64,000 bases of DNA, taken from Candidatus Micrarchaeota archaeon (GTDB lineage: Archaea > Micrarchaeota > Micrarchaeia > Anstonellales > Bilamarchaeaceae). Both the position numbers and the translations under genes were made by a program. The notes under the pieces were generated by a model that was not told where the DNA came from, searched no databases, and was given only the letters and a program-made list of their open reading frames with translations. This document shows positions 36,967 to 47,233 of the stretch, piece after piece. The first letter of the stretch is position 1, and each line of letters begins with the position of its first letter. The DNA lies in contig JBDRLQ010000003.1 in NCBI GenBank assembly GCA_043812915.1, forward strand, positions 32,001-96,000. Reading direction: 5' to 3'.

Positions 36967-37701
36967 CTAAAGACTGAAGGGCTTCTTGCCCTCCTCATAA
37001 AACTTCCTCAGAGCCGCTTCCTGCTTCTCATGGACCATCTCCGAGCTCCTTTCTGCCATGTCCAATGCGTCGGAGATTTCCTGCTTAGTTAGCAGCCCGT
37101 CCATCTGGAAAAGAAGCACTTTCTTGTCCCTGTGGGAAAACGCCAGCGGCATATCAGACTGCCCAGCGTTGTCCTCATACTTCGAGAGGTCCGAGAGCAG
37201 CACGCCATCCGCCTTTCCGACCGCAACTGCAGAGACCATATCCCTCATCGGGATGCCTGCGTTTGCAAGGGCAACTGCGGCCGCTGCTACTGAAGCGGTC
37301 CTTGTTCCGCCGTCTGCCTGCAGCACATCAATGAAGATATCGATCTGCGTGTTCGGAAACTTCTCAAGGAGAACAACGTTCTCGAAAGCCTCCTTGATTA
37401 CCTTGGAGAGCTCGGTGCTCCTCCTTGAGGGCCCGCTCCTTCCATGCTCCTCCATAGAAGCGAATGGGGACATCATATACCTGCACTTGAGCACCGCCTG
37501 GTATGGGCTTGCCCCGTGCCTTGGTATGCACTCTCTTGGTCCGTGGACACCGCAGACAATCTTGTTTCCTCCCCATTCGACGAATGCGGAGCCGTCTGCC
37601 TCTGGTATGACGCCTGCCTCAATCCTTAGGGGGCGAAGCTCCTCCGGAGTCCGGCCATCAAGCCTCTTTCCATCGATTATCAGCTTGTCAATTTCAGCCA
37701 T
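36967..37701 (-). CDS. rrp41: Exosome subunit Rrp41
   Basis: RLDGR, ADGSA, GPRE, RRSTELS, VLQADGGTR, QMDG. Confidence 0.95.
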   Translation of the reverse strand: MAEIDKLIIDGKRLDGRTPEELRPLRIEAGVIPEADGSAFVEWGGNKIVCGVHGPRECIPRHGASPYQAVLKCRYMMSPFASMEEHGRSGPSRRSTELSKVIKEAFENVVLLEKFPNTQIDIFIDVLQADGGTRTASVAAAAVALANAGIPMRDMVSAVAVGKADGVLLSDLSKYEDNAGQSDMPLAFSHRDKKVLLFQMDGLLTKQEISDALDMAERSSEMVHEKQEAALRKFYEEGKKPFSL

Positions 37702-38356
37702 TCATTTCACCTTCTTCAAAATTCTCTTCTTCAGCCATCTCTGGCATTGTCCTTCCGGTCGTCGTCTCCAGGAGTTCTTTCACCCTGTCGGTCAGGCCGG
37801 ATGTGTGCGCCTGCACTTCGATAAGATCTATCGTCTTCAGGAGCAGGGGGATATCGCATTTCTCGCTCATCCAGACATAGCCGTTGTTTCCGACGACGAT
37901 GTCCCCACCGACGAATTCTTTTAGCATGTTGATCATGCTGCTCTTCCTTCCGATGAGCCGTGGCACCTTCGCCGCGGGGAAAGCGATAATCTTTCCCTTT
38001 GGAAGCCTCCTTACTTCAGAGAGCTCCACATCCCTCGTCTCGGTGACTTCCCTGATTTTGCACACAACGAAGTCCCCGTAATCCAGCTTGATTTTCATCA
38101 TCCTGGTGGATATGAACCCTCCCTCAGGGAGGTTGAGGTCCACTTCGTAGCCCGCATGCCGGACGTCAGTCACCATGCCGACCACTATGTCGCCCATGGA
38201 GGGGCCGTAGCGGTTCTCCAGCGCAATATACCTTCCCTTGTCATCGAGCATGCCGATGACTGCCGCATAGGTTGAATCGCCGTCGATATACGTGTTCGGC
38301 GCCCTGATTCTGCCTTCGGCTATTTTTTCTCCTGGCAATACTATTCTTTTATCCAT
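37694..38356 (-). CDS. rrp4: Exosome subunit Rrp4 (S1 plus KH)
   Basis: VLPGE, KVPRLIGRKSSM, VGNNGYVW, AHTSGLTDRV. Confidence 0.95.
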   Translation of the reverse strand: MDKRIVLPGEKIAEGRIRAPNTYIDGDSTYAAVIGMLDDKGRYIALENRYGPSMGDIVVGMVTDVRHAGYEVDLNLPEGGFISTRMMKIKLDYGDFVVCKIREVTETRDVELSEVRRLPKGKIIAFPAAKVPRLIGRKSSMINMLKEFVGGDIVVGNNGYVWMSEKCDIPLLLKTIDLIEVQAHTSGLTDRVKELLETTTGRTMPEMAEEENFEEGEMNG

Positions 38357-38517
38357 TAATACACCTCGAGTCTGTGATAGAGGTAGTCCTCGCTTTGTTT
38401 GTCTTAAGTACAGAATATAGCATCAAAATTCTCTCGCTATCTTCTCTCTCCAGACATAAATACATAAAGAAAAGTTTAAAAATCAGCCATTAGCGGCGGA
38501 ATGAGCCAAATTCGCCT

Positions 38518-39564
38518 TCATCGCAGCTGAAAATCCAGGTGATAACATTTGTTCGGCGCCTGTATTGCGATTTCGTATTCAGCTTTCTGCCATCCCACAT
38601 TGGATATAATCAGCTTCCTGCCCCTTGGAAGGTCAAATACAGTATCCTCATCCTCAGTCGGAATTCTTACAATATCTGGGAACAACCCGAATCCGTTCAG
38701 AATGTGGAACAGTCTTTCTCCCATCTCAGCATATGTTCCTTCGAATACGGTCTCTTTCGGGCATTCTGAATTTTTTGTCAGTGCCATTCCCCTAATCCTC
38801 AGCCTACCGGCGCTCCCGACTCCAGTTTCAAGAATCTCACCGACTTCGGGCAGCCTGAAGCTCTCAAGCGAGCGGATTTTCCCAGTCATCCTTGCGATAA
38901 TCAGCTCAATCTTATACTTGGTCCAATTATCGTCCACTTCTGCCTGGACAAAGTGGCACGCAAGCGGGTCCTCCCCCATCTCCTCCATCATGCTGATTTC
39001 ATCATCGGCATCAAGCGACGTATAAAAATCCGCTCCTGACCCGAGGATTTTTCTGATTTTGTATATCTGTTCAATTAGTATTAATGCTGCCTTTAGGCTC
39101 CCGCCCTTTTCGTTGTCAAGGAACCTGAGCTCTTCTTCAACTGCCTCCTTGACCATCCTCTCCAGGATTTTTCGGAGTGTCCTTCCGGCGGCTTTGTCCT
39201 CCGCGAACAGGGCTGATAAGGATTGGTAGTCCCGCTTTGTGATGATTCTCCTTGCGTTGCTCAGAAATCCCTTTTTTGCCTCTTGCTGGATCCTGTCCTT
39301 TTCCCTGCTTCTGACTGGCAATTGGAATGCTATTGGGTCTGCCCTTTTTTCTGGCCCCTCCTTGGATACCCAGTCCAGCGAGTCTCGCACTTCTGCCATT
39401 GAAGGCTCTATGGTCAGGTAAATCATTCTTCTCCTGGGCCTGTCTCTCCCGCTTCTCCTGCGCTTCTTCTGGGGTCTGTCTCTTGGCGATTCAATCCAGG
39501 ATGCGTTGAGGCTGCGCCTGAAGCCCTCTCGATTGGTAAACCTGGTACCCTTTGTAGCGTGCAT
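38518..39564 (-). CDS. Hypothetical protein inserted in the exosome superoperon
   Basis: 348-aa ORF with its own AT-rich upstream region (TTTATAAA). Confidence 0.6.
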   Translation of the reverse strand: MHATKGTRFTNREGFRRSLNASWIESPRDRPQKKRRRSGRDRPRRRMIYLTIEPSMAEVRDSLDWVSKEGPEKRADPIAFQLPVRSREKDRIQQEAKKGFLSNARRIITKRDYQSLSALFAEDKAAGRTLRKILERMVKEAVEEELRFLDNEKGGSLKAALILIEQIYKIRKILGSGADFYTSLDADDEISMMEEMGEDPLACHFVQAEVDDNWTKYKIELIIARMTGKIRSLESFRLPEVGEILETGVGSAGRLRIRGMALTKNSECPKETVFEGTYAEMGERLFHILNGFGLFPDIVRIPTEDEDTVFDLPRGRKLIISNVGWQKAEYEIAIQAPNKCYHLDFQLR

Positions 39565-39634
39565 ATCAGGATAGTATACAGCATTTCCTCTTTATAAATG
39601 TTATCCTTTATGTGAAATGGTGTATCTAATGGGC

Positions 39635-40330
39635 CTAACGCTCAATCTGCTTGGTCTCAACCTGGCCCGCAGTCATCTTGTTTAGCCTGTCAAGGAATTC
39701 TCCCTGCATGCCGGCGAAAATCTCGATAACCACAATCAGCGAGCCGTCCCCTCCCCACTGCTCCTTCTTTATGCCGTAGTTCTTGAGAACTCCGTATGAG
39801 CGGTGGGCGAATGCAGGCGGAACTTTCACCGCGAGCTGCACCCTCTCGAACTTCAGCGGAAGAATGGGCAGGAGCTTCTTGATTATATCATCAATCTGGT
39901 CTCTCGGGTCCTTGAACGGGTCAACATGCACCCTCGCGTCCTTGAGCGCCTGCTCAATCCTTATCTGGGTGTGCGGCGCCTTTGTCCTGGGGTCTATTGA
40001 TTCTCTAAGCAGTATGGCGACTATCTGCTTGTACCTCTCCGCCTGCTTCTTCTTCCGCTGCTCGGTTGTGAGCTGCACCTCTCCGTCTTTCAGGATTATC
40101 TCGAGTATCTCAAGGGCATCAGTGGTGCCGAAGGCCTTCTGCAAGTCCGTGGATTTCGCCCTCTCCCCTTTCTTCGCGTCGCTGTAGATTTCATCCGCGA
40201 CCAGTATGTTCTTGACATCCGTCTTCCTTCTCTCAAGGAAAGCGTATGTCGGTTCGGGGTCGACATATACCTCGAAATGTTTTCCATCCCTGTCATAATA
40301 AGCGATTATCGATTTGTCAAGTGTAGTCAT
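39635..40330 (-). CDS. Ribosome maturation factor SBDS/Sdo1
   Basis: HFEVYVDP, DAKKGE, AFGTTD, GEVQLTTEQR, DPRTKAPH. Confidence 0.95.
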   Translation of the reverse strand: MTTLDKSIIAYYDRDGKHFEVYVDPEPTYAFLERRKTDVKNILVADEIYSDAKKGERAKSTDLQKAFGTTDALEILEIILKDGEVQLTTEQRKKKQAERYKQIVAILLRESIDPRTKAPHTQIRIEQALKDARVHVDPFKDPRDQIDDIIKKLLPILPLKFERVQLAVKVPPAFAHRSYGVLKNYGIKKEQWGGDGSLIVVIEIFAGMQGEFLDRLNKMTAGQVETKQIER

Positions 40331-40433
40331 CTCCCTCTCCTCATGACAGTAACATTTGGCAACCTTTAAATAGTTAATCGACTCCAGTTACAACACACTG
40401 AGAAATGCAGTCTTACTTTAGAGGAGAGGTGAT

Positions 40434-41321
40434 TTGTTGACGAAAGAAGAAGGGGCACCATCCCCAAAAAATGACGACAGCGTAGCAACGCTGGATAAAG
40501 GTACTCTTTATGGTGGAGTGATTGTTCTGCTTGTCGCTCTGCTTAGCGTTTCGGTCTTCACAGGTGGATTCGGAGTGCATGCCGCCGGCGGAGAATGCGT
40601 GGAGTGCACGGAATGCCAGGTGTGCCCTGCTCCGGGCGAGTGCCAGGTCGGGGACACTGACCCGTATTCCGGAGTGCCCAACCTCGCGGTGAGCGTTGGT
40701 GACCTGCCGGCTTTGGGAGATGCCAATGCGCCAGCAACGCTCATAGAAGTGAGCGACTATCAGTGCCCTTACTGCTCAAGGTTCCATATGCAGACATCTG
40801 CCCCGCTCAAGCTGAGCCATGTGGATACGGGTCTGCTCAAGGTGCATTTCAGGGACTTCCCGCTCAGCTTCCACAACCATGCAATGGATGCTGCGATTGC
40901 AGCAAGGTGCGCGAATGCGCAGGGCCAGTTCTGGGATATGAATTTCATGCTCTTTGAGAATCAGCAGGCATGGTCAGGAGCGCCAGATGTCCGTGAGACA
41001 TTCTCCGGATATGCAGGAGACCTCGCGCTTGATGTGTCTGCCTTCCAGGCATGCTATGATTCGAGGGAGCACGAGGCCGCCATCAACTCCGACATGACTT
41101 CTGCTTCACAGTCAGGAGTGCAGGGAACGCCCGGAAGCTTCATCGTTATCCCGAAGGAGAACGTGGATGCGCTCTCATTCAAGAGCGCCGTTAGCGGCCT
41201 TCAGGGGATATACGGCTCTGACGGCATCAGGCTCTATCAGGATGCCGACAACGTCATCGTATTCGTTGGAGGGGCATATCCGCTTGATGTGTTCACGACC
41301 GTGCTGAGTGAAGTGAATTAG
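40434..41321 (+). CDS. Membrane-anchored DsbA-family thioredoxin
   Basis: TM helix, SDYQCPYC, RDFPL..H, GVQGTP. Confidence 0.9.
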   Translation: MLTKEEGAPSPKNDDSVATLDKGTLYGGVIVLLVALLSVSVFTGGFGVHAAGGECVECTECQVCPAPGECQVGDTDPYSGVPNLAVSVGDLPALGDANAPATLIEVSDYQCPYCSRFHMQTSAPLKLSHVDTGLLKVHFRDFPLSFHNHAMDAAIAARCANAQGQFWDMNFMLFENQQAWSGAPDVRETFSGYAGDLALDVSAFQACYDSREHEAAINSDMTSASQSGVQGTPGSFIVIPKENVDALSFKSAVSGLQGIYGSDGIRLYQDADNVIVFVGGAYPLDVFTTVLSEVN

Positions 41322-41350
41322 TTTTTTTCTTTTTTCTTTTCCTTCCTTTT

Positions 41351-42190
41351 CTATAATGCGAAAATGCATATCAGCCCAATTACCATCAGGGCTATCGCCG
41401 CGTATTTATGCGCATCCAGCCTCTCTCCTAGCAGGAAGTAGGAGGCGACTGCGTTTATTATCGGGGTCCCTGCGCTGACTGCCGCTGTCAATGCAGCGCC
41501 TACCATCCCGACCGAGATGCTATATAATAAGGAGCCTGAGAACGCCAATGTGCCTGCCAGTGCCGGGAAGATGCCCTGCCTCAGGCTTGGAGGGGAGATG
41601 TCTCTGCCCCGTATCGCGTGGAATGATATTACGAATACAGTAATCCCAAGCTCAAGCAGCACCGTCGCCTCAAAAGCCCCTAGAGCGAGAACGAAGTTCT
41701 TTATGAAAGTATAATAGAAGGCCCTGCACAGGATTGCAAAGCCCAGGTAAAGAAGCCAGGGGCCGGATTTCAGCCCTTTCCCGTCCATTGCAAGAATGAG
41801 CGTTGCAATAACCATTATCACCGAGCCTGCAATCTGCCCAAAACTGAGTTCCTCCTCAAGGAATGCTATGCTCATCACGAGCACTATCAGAACGTATGAT
41901 TTCGATATCGGGGCAGTCAGGCTTGACTCGCCGTAATGCAGTGCCTTGTAGGAGGCCATCACGCCAAGGCTTCCGATGATTACTTCTGCAGCATACAATG
42001 GCATGAGGTCCTGCGGAAGATGGACGTTCAGCCCCATCAGGAATGCGCCTGCAAGAAGCAGGGCAATCATCACAACATACGCATACACAATCGCGCGGTG
42101 CCTGCCAATTTCAGTTATCGCCTTCTTTGAAATCGCGCTGAGTGTACCGAATGAAAAGAGGGAGCTGATGGATGGAAGGAATTCAAGCAT
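41351..42190 (-). CDS. EamA/DMT transporter
   Basis: About 10 TM helices in two repeats; FLEEEL and LLGERL. Confidence 0.85.
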   Translation of the reverse strand: MLEFLPSISSLFSFGTLSAISKKAITEIGRHRAIVYAYVVMIALLLAGAFLMGLNVHLPQDLMPLYAAEVIIGSLGVMASYKALHYGESSLTAPISKSYVLIVLVMSIAFLEEELSFGQIAGSVIMVIATLILAMDGKGLKSGPWLLYLGFAILCRAFYYTFIKNFVLALGAFEATVLLELGITVFVISFHAIRGRDISPPSLRQGIFPALAGTLAFSGSLLYSISVGMVGAALTAAVSAGTPIINAVASYFLLGERLDAHKYAAIALMVIGLICIFAL

Positions 42191-42199
42191 GACTTGCCC

Positions 42200-42736
42200 T
42201 CATCCTGGAAATCTTGCAACTACCGAGTATGCCGGCCCTTCCCTCGAGAGCATGCTCTTCATGAGCTGGAATCCATTAACCTCGAATTCCCCGAACTCAT
42301 CATCCTTGTGATTCGCGACAAATTCCCTGACGTCTATCTTTTTTCTCACCCTTGCGAGGGTGAGGTGCGCCGAGAACCTGCTGTCCCCCCCGAACCTGAC
42401 AAGGGCGCTTATGACGTCTTTTGCCAGGCTGTCCAGCTCCGGGCTTTCCACGCCCGCCCATACCACGCGGATGTAATCCTCATTCGGGAATACGCCAACC
42501 CCATTTATCCTGCATTTGAATGGGGAGAATGAGATCTGGCGCAATGCCTCCTTGATTTCTTCCAGCTTCTCTTCAGAGGTTTCCCCTATGAATTTCAGCG
42601 TGAGGTGCATATTCTCGGGCATCACCGGCTTAATCGAGTCTTCAGGAAGCTCCTTTGCCAGCAGCGCGACTTTTTTTCTGATTTCCTGGGGGACTTCAAC
42701 TGAAACAAAAAGCCTGAGTTCCCTTTTTTCATTCAT
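42200..42736 (-). CDS. thpR: RNA 2',3'-cyclic phosphodiesterase
   Basis: RLFVSV, HLTLKFIG, HLTLAR, GPAY. Confidence 0.93.
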   Translation of the reverse strand: MNEKRELRLFVSVEVPQEIRKKVALLAKELPEDSIKPVMPENMHLTLKFIGETSEEKLEEIKEALRQISFSPFKCRINGVGVFPNEDYIRVVWAGVESPELDSLAKDVISALVRFGGDSRFSAHLTLARVRKKIDVREFVANHKDDEFGEFEVNGFQLMKSMLSREGPAYSVVARFPG

Positions 42737-42811
42737 GCATCCCACCCAATGAGCGTTTGAACAAATAATCCGCAGAATGATATATAAACTATCTCGCAGC
42801 AACTCAAAACG

Positions 42812-44065
42812 ATGTTGCGGCCCAAAACTATTGGCGTGGACCACTACGAGGTCTTCCACAACAGCAGCAAATCCCTCAGCATGGGCTTTTCCGGAGGGCA
42901 GACCAAGACGCGTGAGTATGAGGGGGATGTCGGATTCGGCGTGCGGGTGCTCAAGGGAGGCAAGGTCGGATTCGGCTACTGTGAAAAGAGTTCGGCCCTA
43001 AAGGGCGCGATAAGAAACGCCCGCGAGATTTCCAGATTCTCCCCTAAAACCGGATTCTCTTTTGCCGAACCTGCCAAATGCCCGGCCGTCAAGATTATTG
43101 ATTCGAAAGTGCGGGACATGGGTGCGCAGGAGCTTAAGGAACTGCTTGATCAGGTCCGGGACGGCGCGGAGAAATTTTCCCCATTGTCAAGAGTCATCCT
43201 GTCGGCGGAGACCGAGACTATTTCCCTGGAGAATAACAAAGGTCTGCACAGCTCTTTTGATAGGACTGAGCTTTCAGGATATGTGGAAGTGATGGATGGG
43301 AACGGCTCGGGCTTCTCCCAGTACGGCTCCAACTTCATGATTGAGAATCCTGTTGGGATGGGCCTTGAAGCTGCCGAGATGGCCAAATCCATGAGGCATC
43401 CGAAGAAGCCTCCAGCCGGAAAGCACACGGTGGTTGTCGAGCCTGAAACGCTCAGCTCCCTCCTCGACATATTGCTCCCCTCCTTTTCAGGCGACTGGGA
43501 GCGCAGGGACATATCGAAGCTCTGTGGAAAGAAGGGCAAGAAAATGTTCTCGAAATCATTCACGCTTGTGGATGACGGCACCTGCCCGGGCCTTGCATCA
43601 AGGCCTTTGGATGATGAAGGCGTTCCATCTAGGAAAAGGCCGCTTGTGCAGGACGGGCTCATCAAGCGCTTCGTATATGATAGGGAGACTGCCGCGCTTG
43701 CCAGGAAGAAGGCCGATGGCCACTGCAACCGAACGCACTATTCCATGCCCCCCGTTGCCGGGGTTTCCAATCTTATTGTTGCTCCTGGCAGGTACACCAA
43801 TCTTGTTGATGAGCTCAACGGCTGCATTGTTGTTCACTCCGCGCATGGCTCGCACACGGCGAACGTCACAACCGGCGATTTCGGCCTTGAGGTGACGGTT
43901 GCATTTATGAAAAAGGGCAGGAAGATGATTCCTGTGCGGGGCTTCATGCTTGTCGGCAATGTCTTTGATTTATTCAGGGACATAGAGGGAATCGAGAAGG
44001 ACCAGCAGACCTATGGCAGCCTGATTACTCCCAGGATTGCGTTCAAGGGATTGAGGGTTGTCTAA
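42812..44065 (+). CDS. TldE/PmbA family protein
   Basis: GVRV..GGKVGF, LDDEGVP, TGDFG, LVGNVFDLF. Confidence 0.88.
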   Translation: MLRPKTIGVDHYEVFHNSSKSLSMGFSGGQTKTREYEGDVGFGVRVLKGGKVGFGYCEKSSALKGAIRNAREISRFSPKTGFSFAEPAKCPAVKIIDSKVRDMGAQELKELLDQVRDGAEKFSPLSRVILSAETETISLENNKGLHSSFDRTELSGYVEVMDGNGSGFSQYGSNFMIENPVGMGLEAAEMAKSMRHPKKPPAGKHTVVVEPETLSSLLDILLPSFSGDWERRDISKLCGKKGKKMFSKSFTLVDDGTCPGLASRPLDDEGVPSRKRPLVQDGLIKRFVYDRETAALARKKADGHCNRTHYSMPPVAGVSNLIVAPGRYTNLVDELNGCIVVHSAHGSHTANVTTGDFGLEVTVAFMKKGRKMIPVRGFMLVGNVFDLFRDIEGIEKDQQTYGSLITPRIAFKGLRVV

Positions 44066-44162
44066 GCTTAAGGGCGGGCCGGGATAATTGTTGTAATTTG
44101 AGGAAGACTACTGATTATAAACTGTTTTAGCCCTAATTATCTACGCAAAAAGAGATGGAAAA

Positions 44163-44972
44163 ATGAAGAATTTACCAAGAGAGCCTAAAGATTATGGGCC
44201 AGGTCAGATGTCAGACGAACTGCTGAACGTTGTTGCAAACCTTCAAATCGCATTTGATGCTAGCATCAGGAGAAAAAACTTTCCGATTTCAGTACGCACT
44301 GAAGAGGGGTTGAACATTTCCGTAGTTGGGCCTGAAGATGCTATAAAGCTCGCCGCCCTGGATGCCAGGACTTTATCAGAGCAGGGGATTGAGCTTCTTG
44401 TCAATCCAAAAGAAATCCCGAATTATTCAACCCAGCGTGGAGCGCTCGAGAGCGCCTGCCGCGCTGCCGCCGAGCTCTCAGGAGACTATGATGTCGGAAT
44501 CGGAATCGCAAAGAAGGGCATGTGGCTCTCCTTCATCTTTTCCACCCTTGGGCTGACAACCTATGATATCATGGTTGTTCGTGATGGGGGCAATCGCACC
44601 ATGATGCCAATGGACAGGCTTTCTCCGGATGTTCTGGATGGCAGTAGGGTACTGCTTTTCGATAACGATGCCATTACCGGCGGCTCAGCGAACGCAATAG
44701 CCGCACTAATAAGGGCAGCAACAAATCCCAAGCATATTGATGTGCTGCTCGTCAATGGCTATGCGCATCTGAAACAGAAGGCCTTCAAGCCAGTAAGGGA
44801 CCAGCTGGCACAAGGCCAGCATCTTGGAGTGACAAAAAGCAAAAGGCATGTAATCGATACGCTGGAATTCTCCGGGTCTTTAATTAGGAGAAAGATGGCT
44901 CTTGATAGGCATTTCAAAGGAACGGCCATGCATCTCAATCCGCTCAAGGTGAGGCTAGGTGTCGCAAGATAA
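44163..44972 (+). CDS. Type I phosphoribosyltransferase-like protein
   Basis: GIAKKG loop; RVLLFDNDAITGGS resembles the PRPP-binding loop. Confidence 0.65.
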   Translation: MKNLPREPKDYGPGQMSDELLNVVANLQIAFDASIRRKNFPISVRTEEGLNISVVGPEDAIKLAALDARTLSEQGIELLVNPKEIPNYSTQRGALESACRAAAELSGDYDVGIGIAKKGMWLSFIFSTLGLTTYDIMVVRDGGNRTMMPMDRLSPDVLDGSRVLLFDNDAITGGSANAIAALIRAATNPKHIDVLLVNGYAHLKQKAFKPVRDQLAQGQHLGVTKSKRHVIDTLEFSGSLIRRKMALDRHFKGTAMHLNPLKVRLGVAR

Positions 44973-46110
44973 GCCGAGGCTGATCGTCTCCACTGATATC
45001 GGAACTGACTTCGATGACGCAGCGGCAATCCGAATCGCGATGAATTCCTCATTTCTCGAGCTTGTCGGCATATACACAACCAATGGCCCGGCAGAGCTTC
45101 GTGCAAGAATCGCAGATTGCATGCGCAGGCTCGATAATCACGGCGCCCTTGTGGCCATCGGCGAATCAAATGCCCTTGGAACCGCTCTTCCTGTTTACAC
45201 AACCGGCCTGGAGGCATCAATGCTGCCACCCTGCATGGATGAAGCGACGCCCAAGAGCCTTGGGATAGAAACCGACTGGCTGGGCGCGATTTCCAACCAG
45301 CTTTCCGGATTCAGGAAGACGATAATTGCCAGCCTTGCCCCATTGACCAATATCGCAAGGCTTCTTGGGGAAAGGCCGGAGCGCGCCAAGAATGTTGGTG
45401 CCCTATACATCATGGGGGGGAGGGAAGGTGAGCTTGAGCATAACTTCTCGCATGATTCTGTTGCCGCAAAGCGCGTTCTGGAATCAGGATTGAACATCAT
45501 AGTTGTGCCTGCCGAGGTGTGCTCGTTGTATGGCGCAGACCTGTCTTTCTTGACCAGCCTGAACGGAACTCCTGGAAACAGCCTTCTTGGAAGGATGGCC
45601 AGGCTATGGAAATTGGGCCATGATGCGCAGTTCTTCAGAAATTCGGAGCTTCTTCGCGATATTCTCAGGACGAAGGCGGCAGGCTTTTTCGACGGGGATG
45701 AATTCTTTTACAAGACGCTTGAGCACATGTCCAGCACCAGGCGCATATTCAGCGATCCAGATTCTTTTCTGGAAACCTTCGGCGCTTGGATGGAACTTGT
45801 TTCCACTATGGAGGCGCCAGTAGTCCGGCAGCTGCGTGGGCACATCCTGGAAAATGAGATGACGACCACCAAGGTTTCCGACGCGGTCGTAATATATGCA
45901 ATCGAGCATCCTGAGAGAATTGATGTGGAAAGAGCGAATGTCTCATGCGATGATTGGGGGAGGATGAAACTCGAGAAAGGGAATCGGCATGGGATTGTGC
46001 GGGATTTCGATGTCCGGCACTTCGAAACCTATTTCAAAAGGCGCTTGGTGAGCGCACATAAGCCGAAATCCGTCAACCGTACGATGGAGAGAAAAAGGCA
46101 GGTCGCCTGA
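44959..46110 (+). CDS. Nucleoside hydrolase (IU-NH family)
   Basis: TDIGTDFDDAAA, LAPLTNIA, IMGG, EHNF..D..AA..V. Confidence 0.85.
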   Translation: MSQDKPRLIVSTDIGTDFDDAAAIRIAMNSSFLELVGIYTTNGPAELRARIADCMRRLDNHGALVAIGESNALGTALPVYTTGLEASMLPPCMDEATPKSLGIETDWLGAISNQLSGFRKTIIASLAPLTNIARLLGERPERAKNVGALYIMGGREGELEHNFSHDSVAAKRVLESGLNIIVVPAEVCSLYGADLSFLTSLNGTPGNSLLGRMARLWKLGHDAQFFRNSELLRDILRTKAAGFFDGDEFFYKTLEHMSSTRRIFSDPDSFLETFGAWMELVSTMEAPVVRQLRGHILENEMTTTKVSDAVVIYAIEHPERIDVERANVSCDDWGRMKLEKGNRHGIVRDFDVRHFETYFKRRLVSAHKPKSVNRTMERKRQVA

Positions 46111-46112
46111 TT

Positions 46113-47108
46113 TCATCCGTTGGCAGTTAACTGCCTGAACGGGTTCGGAAGGTGCTCCCGCAGTATCGCAAGCGCCGAATGGCCCCGCACGACCTCTGGG
46201 AACTTGTTCCTTATCGTTTTCACAATCATGTGAAGCTCCTGGATATTTTTCGCGTCGAAATCCACTTCCAGGTCCCATTCTGCAACCACCCTGTTGATAT
46301 AAGTCGAGTTCGGATGCCGTTCGCAATACCGAATCAGCTGCCTCTCCCTTGCCCCCGCGCTATGCCTCAGCCAGAGAAGCACCTTGTATCTTTCATAGCC
46401 GAGCGCGTGTGAATTGAAATAGGTGCCAAAGAACCTGATTATGCCTTTTTTCCGGAGCTTCTTTATCCGGTACTGCACCGTGTCTGGAGAGAGATTGAGC
46501 CTGGATGCGATATCAACTGTTTTCATCCTCGCATTCTCGAAAAGCAGTTGCATTATCTGCTGGTCGTACTCATCCAGGTCCTCAACCTTCTCTTCTTTTT
46601 TATGGGGGATTTGGTGCACCTTGCCTTGTTTTCCTGTAAAGTGCTCAAGCGGAAGAAATGCCTGCTGGAGGGTGATTACGATGCTTTTCGCCTTGATGAA
46701 CTTGCCGAATCTCCCCATCATCCTTTCCATCTCTTCCTTGAATTCATTTTCATCTTTGAGCGTGAGCCTTAGCGTGAAGTCCCATTCCCCCTCGAATTCC
46801 GCGAACCATTGCGCTTTCGGATGGTCTTGGAAGAAAGAAACGAGCTTCTCCTCCTCCTGGTCAGTCATATTCTCTGTCTTGATGTAGATCCTGAACGTCT
46901 TCAGGCCGAGCTTGGAAAGATTCGGTTCTGCGAACATCCGGATGATTATCCCCGCCCTCTGGAGCCTGTCTATCCGGTATTCCACCGTCTCGCTGCTCAG
47001 CTTCGCCTTCCTTCCTATCTGCGAATATGACTGCCTGGAGTCCTCCTCCAGCTGCCCCATAATGAATTTGTCTTTTTTATCAAGTTTTATGGGGATGCCC
47101 GTCTTCAT
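46113..47108 (-). CDS. Tandem (duplicated) Lrp/AsnC regulator
   Basis: Two HTH-RAM units: LDKKD..YRIDRL and LDEYD..YRIKKL; GEWD and AEWD. Confidence 0.9.
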   Translation of the reverse strand: MKTGIPIKLDKKDKFIMGQLEEDSRQSYSQIGRKAKLSSETVEYRIDRLQRAGIIIRMFAEPNLSKLGLKTFRIYIKTENMTDQEEEKLVSFFQDHPKAQWFAEFEGEWDFTLRLTLKDENEFKEEMERMMGRFGKFIKAKSIVITLQQAFLPLEHFTGKQGKVHQIPHKKEEKVEDLDEYDQQIMQLLFENARMKTVDIASRLNLSPDTVQYRIKKLRKKGIIRFFGTYFNSHALGYERYKVLLWLRHSAGARERQLIRYCERHPNSTYINRVVAEWDLEVDFDAKNIQELHMIVKTIRNKFPEVVRGHSALAILREHLPNPFRQLTANG

Positions 47109-47116
47109 TATCCTAG

Positions 47117-47159
47117 ATTTCCGTAAAAAATTTAAATATCTTTCGTTTTTTTCGGAAAT
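47117..47159. promoter_or_regulatory. 14-bp inverted repeat flanking a TATA-like box
   Basis: ATTTCCGTAAAAAA and TTTTTTTCGGAAAT (13/14 match); the 15-bp spacer contains TTTAAATA. Confidence 0.6.
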
Positions 47160-47233
47160 TTATCTCAGTAGAATATATATTCCTCGATTGCCACAAATTA
47201 TTTACAAAAATAACAAAAGGAGGGCTGACACCA

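Noticed and set aside
37058..37924. Long antisense ORFs (also 48803-49687, 18354-19157, 6087-6815)
   Set aside because: They are shadows of well-supported genes on the opposite strand, with no family motifs.
41322..41352. Pyrimidine tracts (also after 47968)
   Set aside because: These are ordinary archaeal oligo-T terminators.
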